Assembly: GCA_035518875.1 (NCBI GenBank)
Contig: DATIXD010000089.1
Coordinates: 726-64,725, forward strand
Direction of reading: 5' to 3'
Length of the DNA: 64,000 nucleotides
Source of the DNA: Methylococcaceae bacterium
GTDB taxonomy: Bacteria; Pseudomonadota; Gammaproteobacteria; Methylococcales; Methylococcaceae
The notes beneath the pieces are model-generated. The model had not been told where the DNA came from, ran no database searches, and was given only the letters and a program-made list of their open reading frames with translations. Below are positions 63,545 through 64,000 of this stretch, one piece after another (position 1 is the stretch's first letter; each line of letters begins with the position of its first letter). Made by a program: the position numbers and the translations under genes.

Positions 63545-64000
63545 GAAGGCGACGGCGTACTTTGCTAGGGAGTCGCTGCAAAGGTACGCGTTCATGAAGC
63601 AATGGCGACTTGAATACCCCGTGGAAGCCATGGCGCGGGTTCTGGAGGTGTCCCGTAGTGGATTCTACGCCTGGCTGGAGCGTCCGCCGTCCGCGCGTGC
63701 CCTGGAGGATGAGCGACTGAAGGTGGGAATCTCGGCGGCGCACGTGAAAACCCGCGAGAGCTATGGCGCGGCGCGCTTGCAGGCCGAACTCCGGAGCGAG
63801 GGCTTTGCCGCCGGACGGGATCGGATCGCCCGGTTACGGCGGGATCTGGGGATTCGTTGCCGCCAGAAGCGCAAGTTCAAGGCGACCACACACTCGAATC
63901 ATGACTTGCCCGTGGCGGAGAACCTGTTGCAACAGCACTTCACGGCACAGGCCCCCAACGAGGTTTGGCACACGGATATCACCTATATCCCGACCGGGGA
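63545..64000 (+). mobile_element. IS3-family element fragment: tail of orfA plus the 5' part of orfB (transposase, runs off the window)
   Basis: ...RKATAYFARES is an IS3 orfA-tail signature. It is followed by MKQWRLEYPVEAMARVLEVSRSGFYAWLERPPS...RLQAELR...NEVWHTDITYIPTG (HTH_21 and the start of the rve domain). The orfB ATG is at 63594. No orfA body or left end is present. Confidence 0.8.

Overview
This is a GC-rich chromosomal window. I hand-counted about 63% G+C in one 60-nt line of lhr. The gene order is typical of a gammaproteobacterium and resembles Pseudomonas and Methylococcus-type chromosomes, but I cannot assign a genus from the window alone. Most of it is core housekeeping sequence. 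The recognisable blocks are: mscL; exbB-exbD-lpxK-ycaR-kdsB; an MFS gene with aroC-prmB-argC; tRNA-Val-thrS-infC-rpmI-rplT-pheS-pheT-ihfA; ampG and xthA; rpmE and gltA; mrcA divergent from pilMNOPQ-aroK-aroB-(AAA+/SPOR)-hemE; a NUDIX gene; a Kef-type antiporter; a 1237-aa multidomain Fe-S flavoprotein; lhr; a PilZ protein; a mobA-fdhD fusion; guaB-guaA-tadA; mltF; and tRNA-Ser. Downstream of tRNA-Ser the content becomes accessory-like. It holds an MBL-fold hydrolase, a YdjM-like gene, and a roughly 43% G+C patch with a small membrane protein and a degenerate TraR/DksA-like ORF. It also holds an archaemetzincin, ald, a truncated DapB-fold gene, and abutting IS110-family and IS3-family remnants. 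I found no CRISPR array, no rRNA and no recognisable defence system. The best candidate for an uncharacterised system is at 576..4229. A promoter with a perfect -10 is overlapped by a strong Fur-box match. It fronts an operon encoding a coiled-coil outer-membrane porin-like protein, an exported FMN-binding protein with an exact ApbE flavinylation motif, and a His-rich 4-TM protein. A second, weaker Fur-like box precedes a convergent secreted protein. All calls rest on motif and family recognition by eye plus the supplied ORF track. No database search was run, and several start codons were re-picked by hand.
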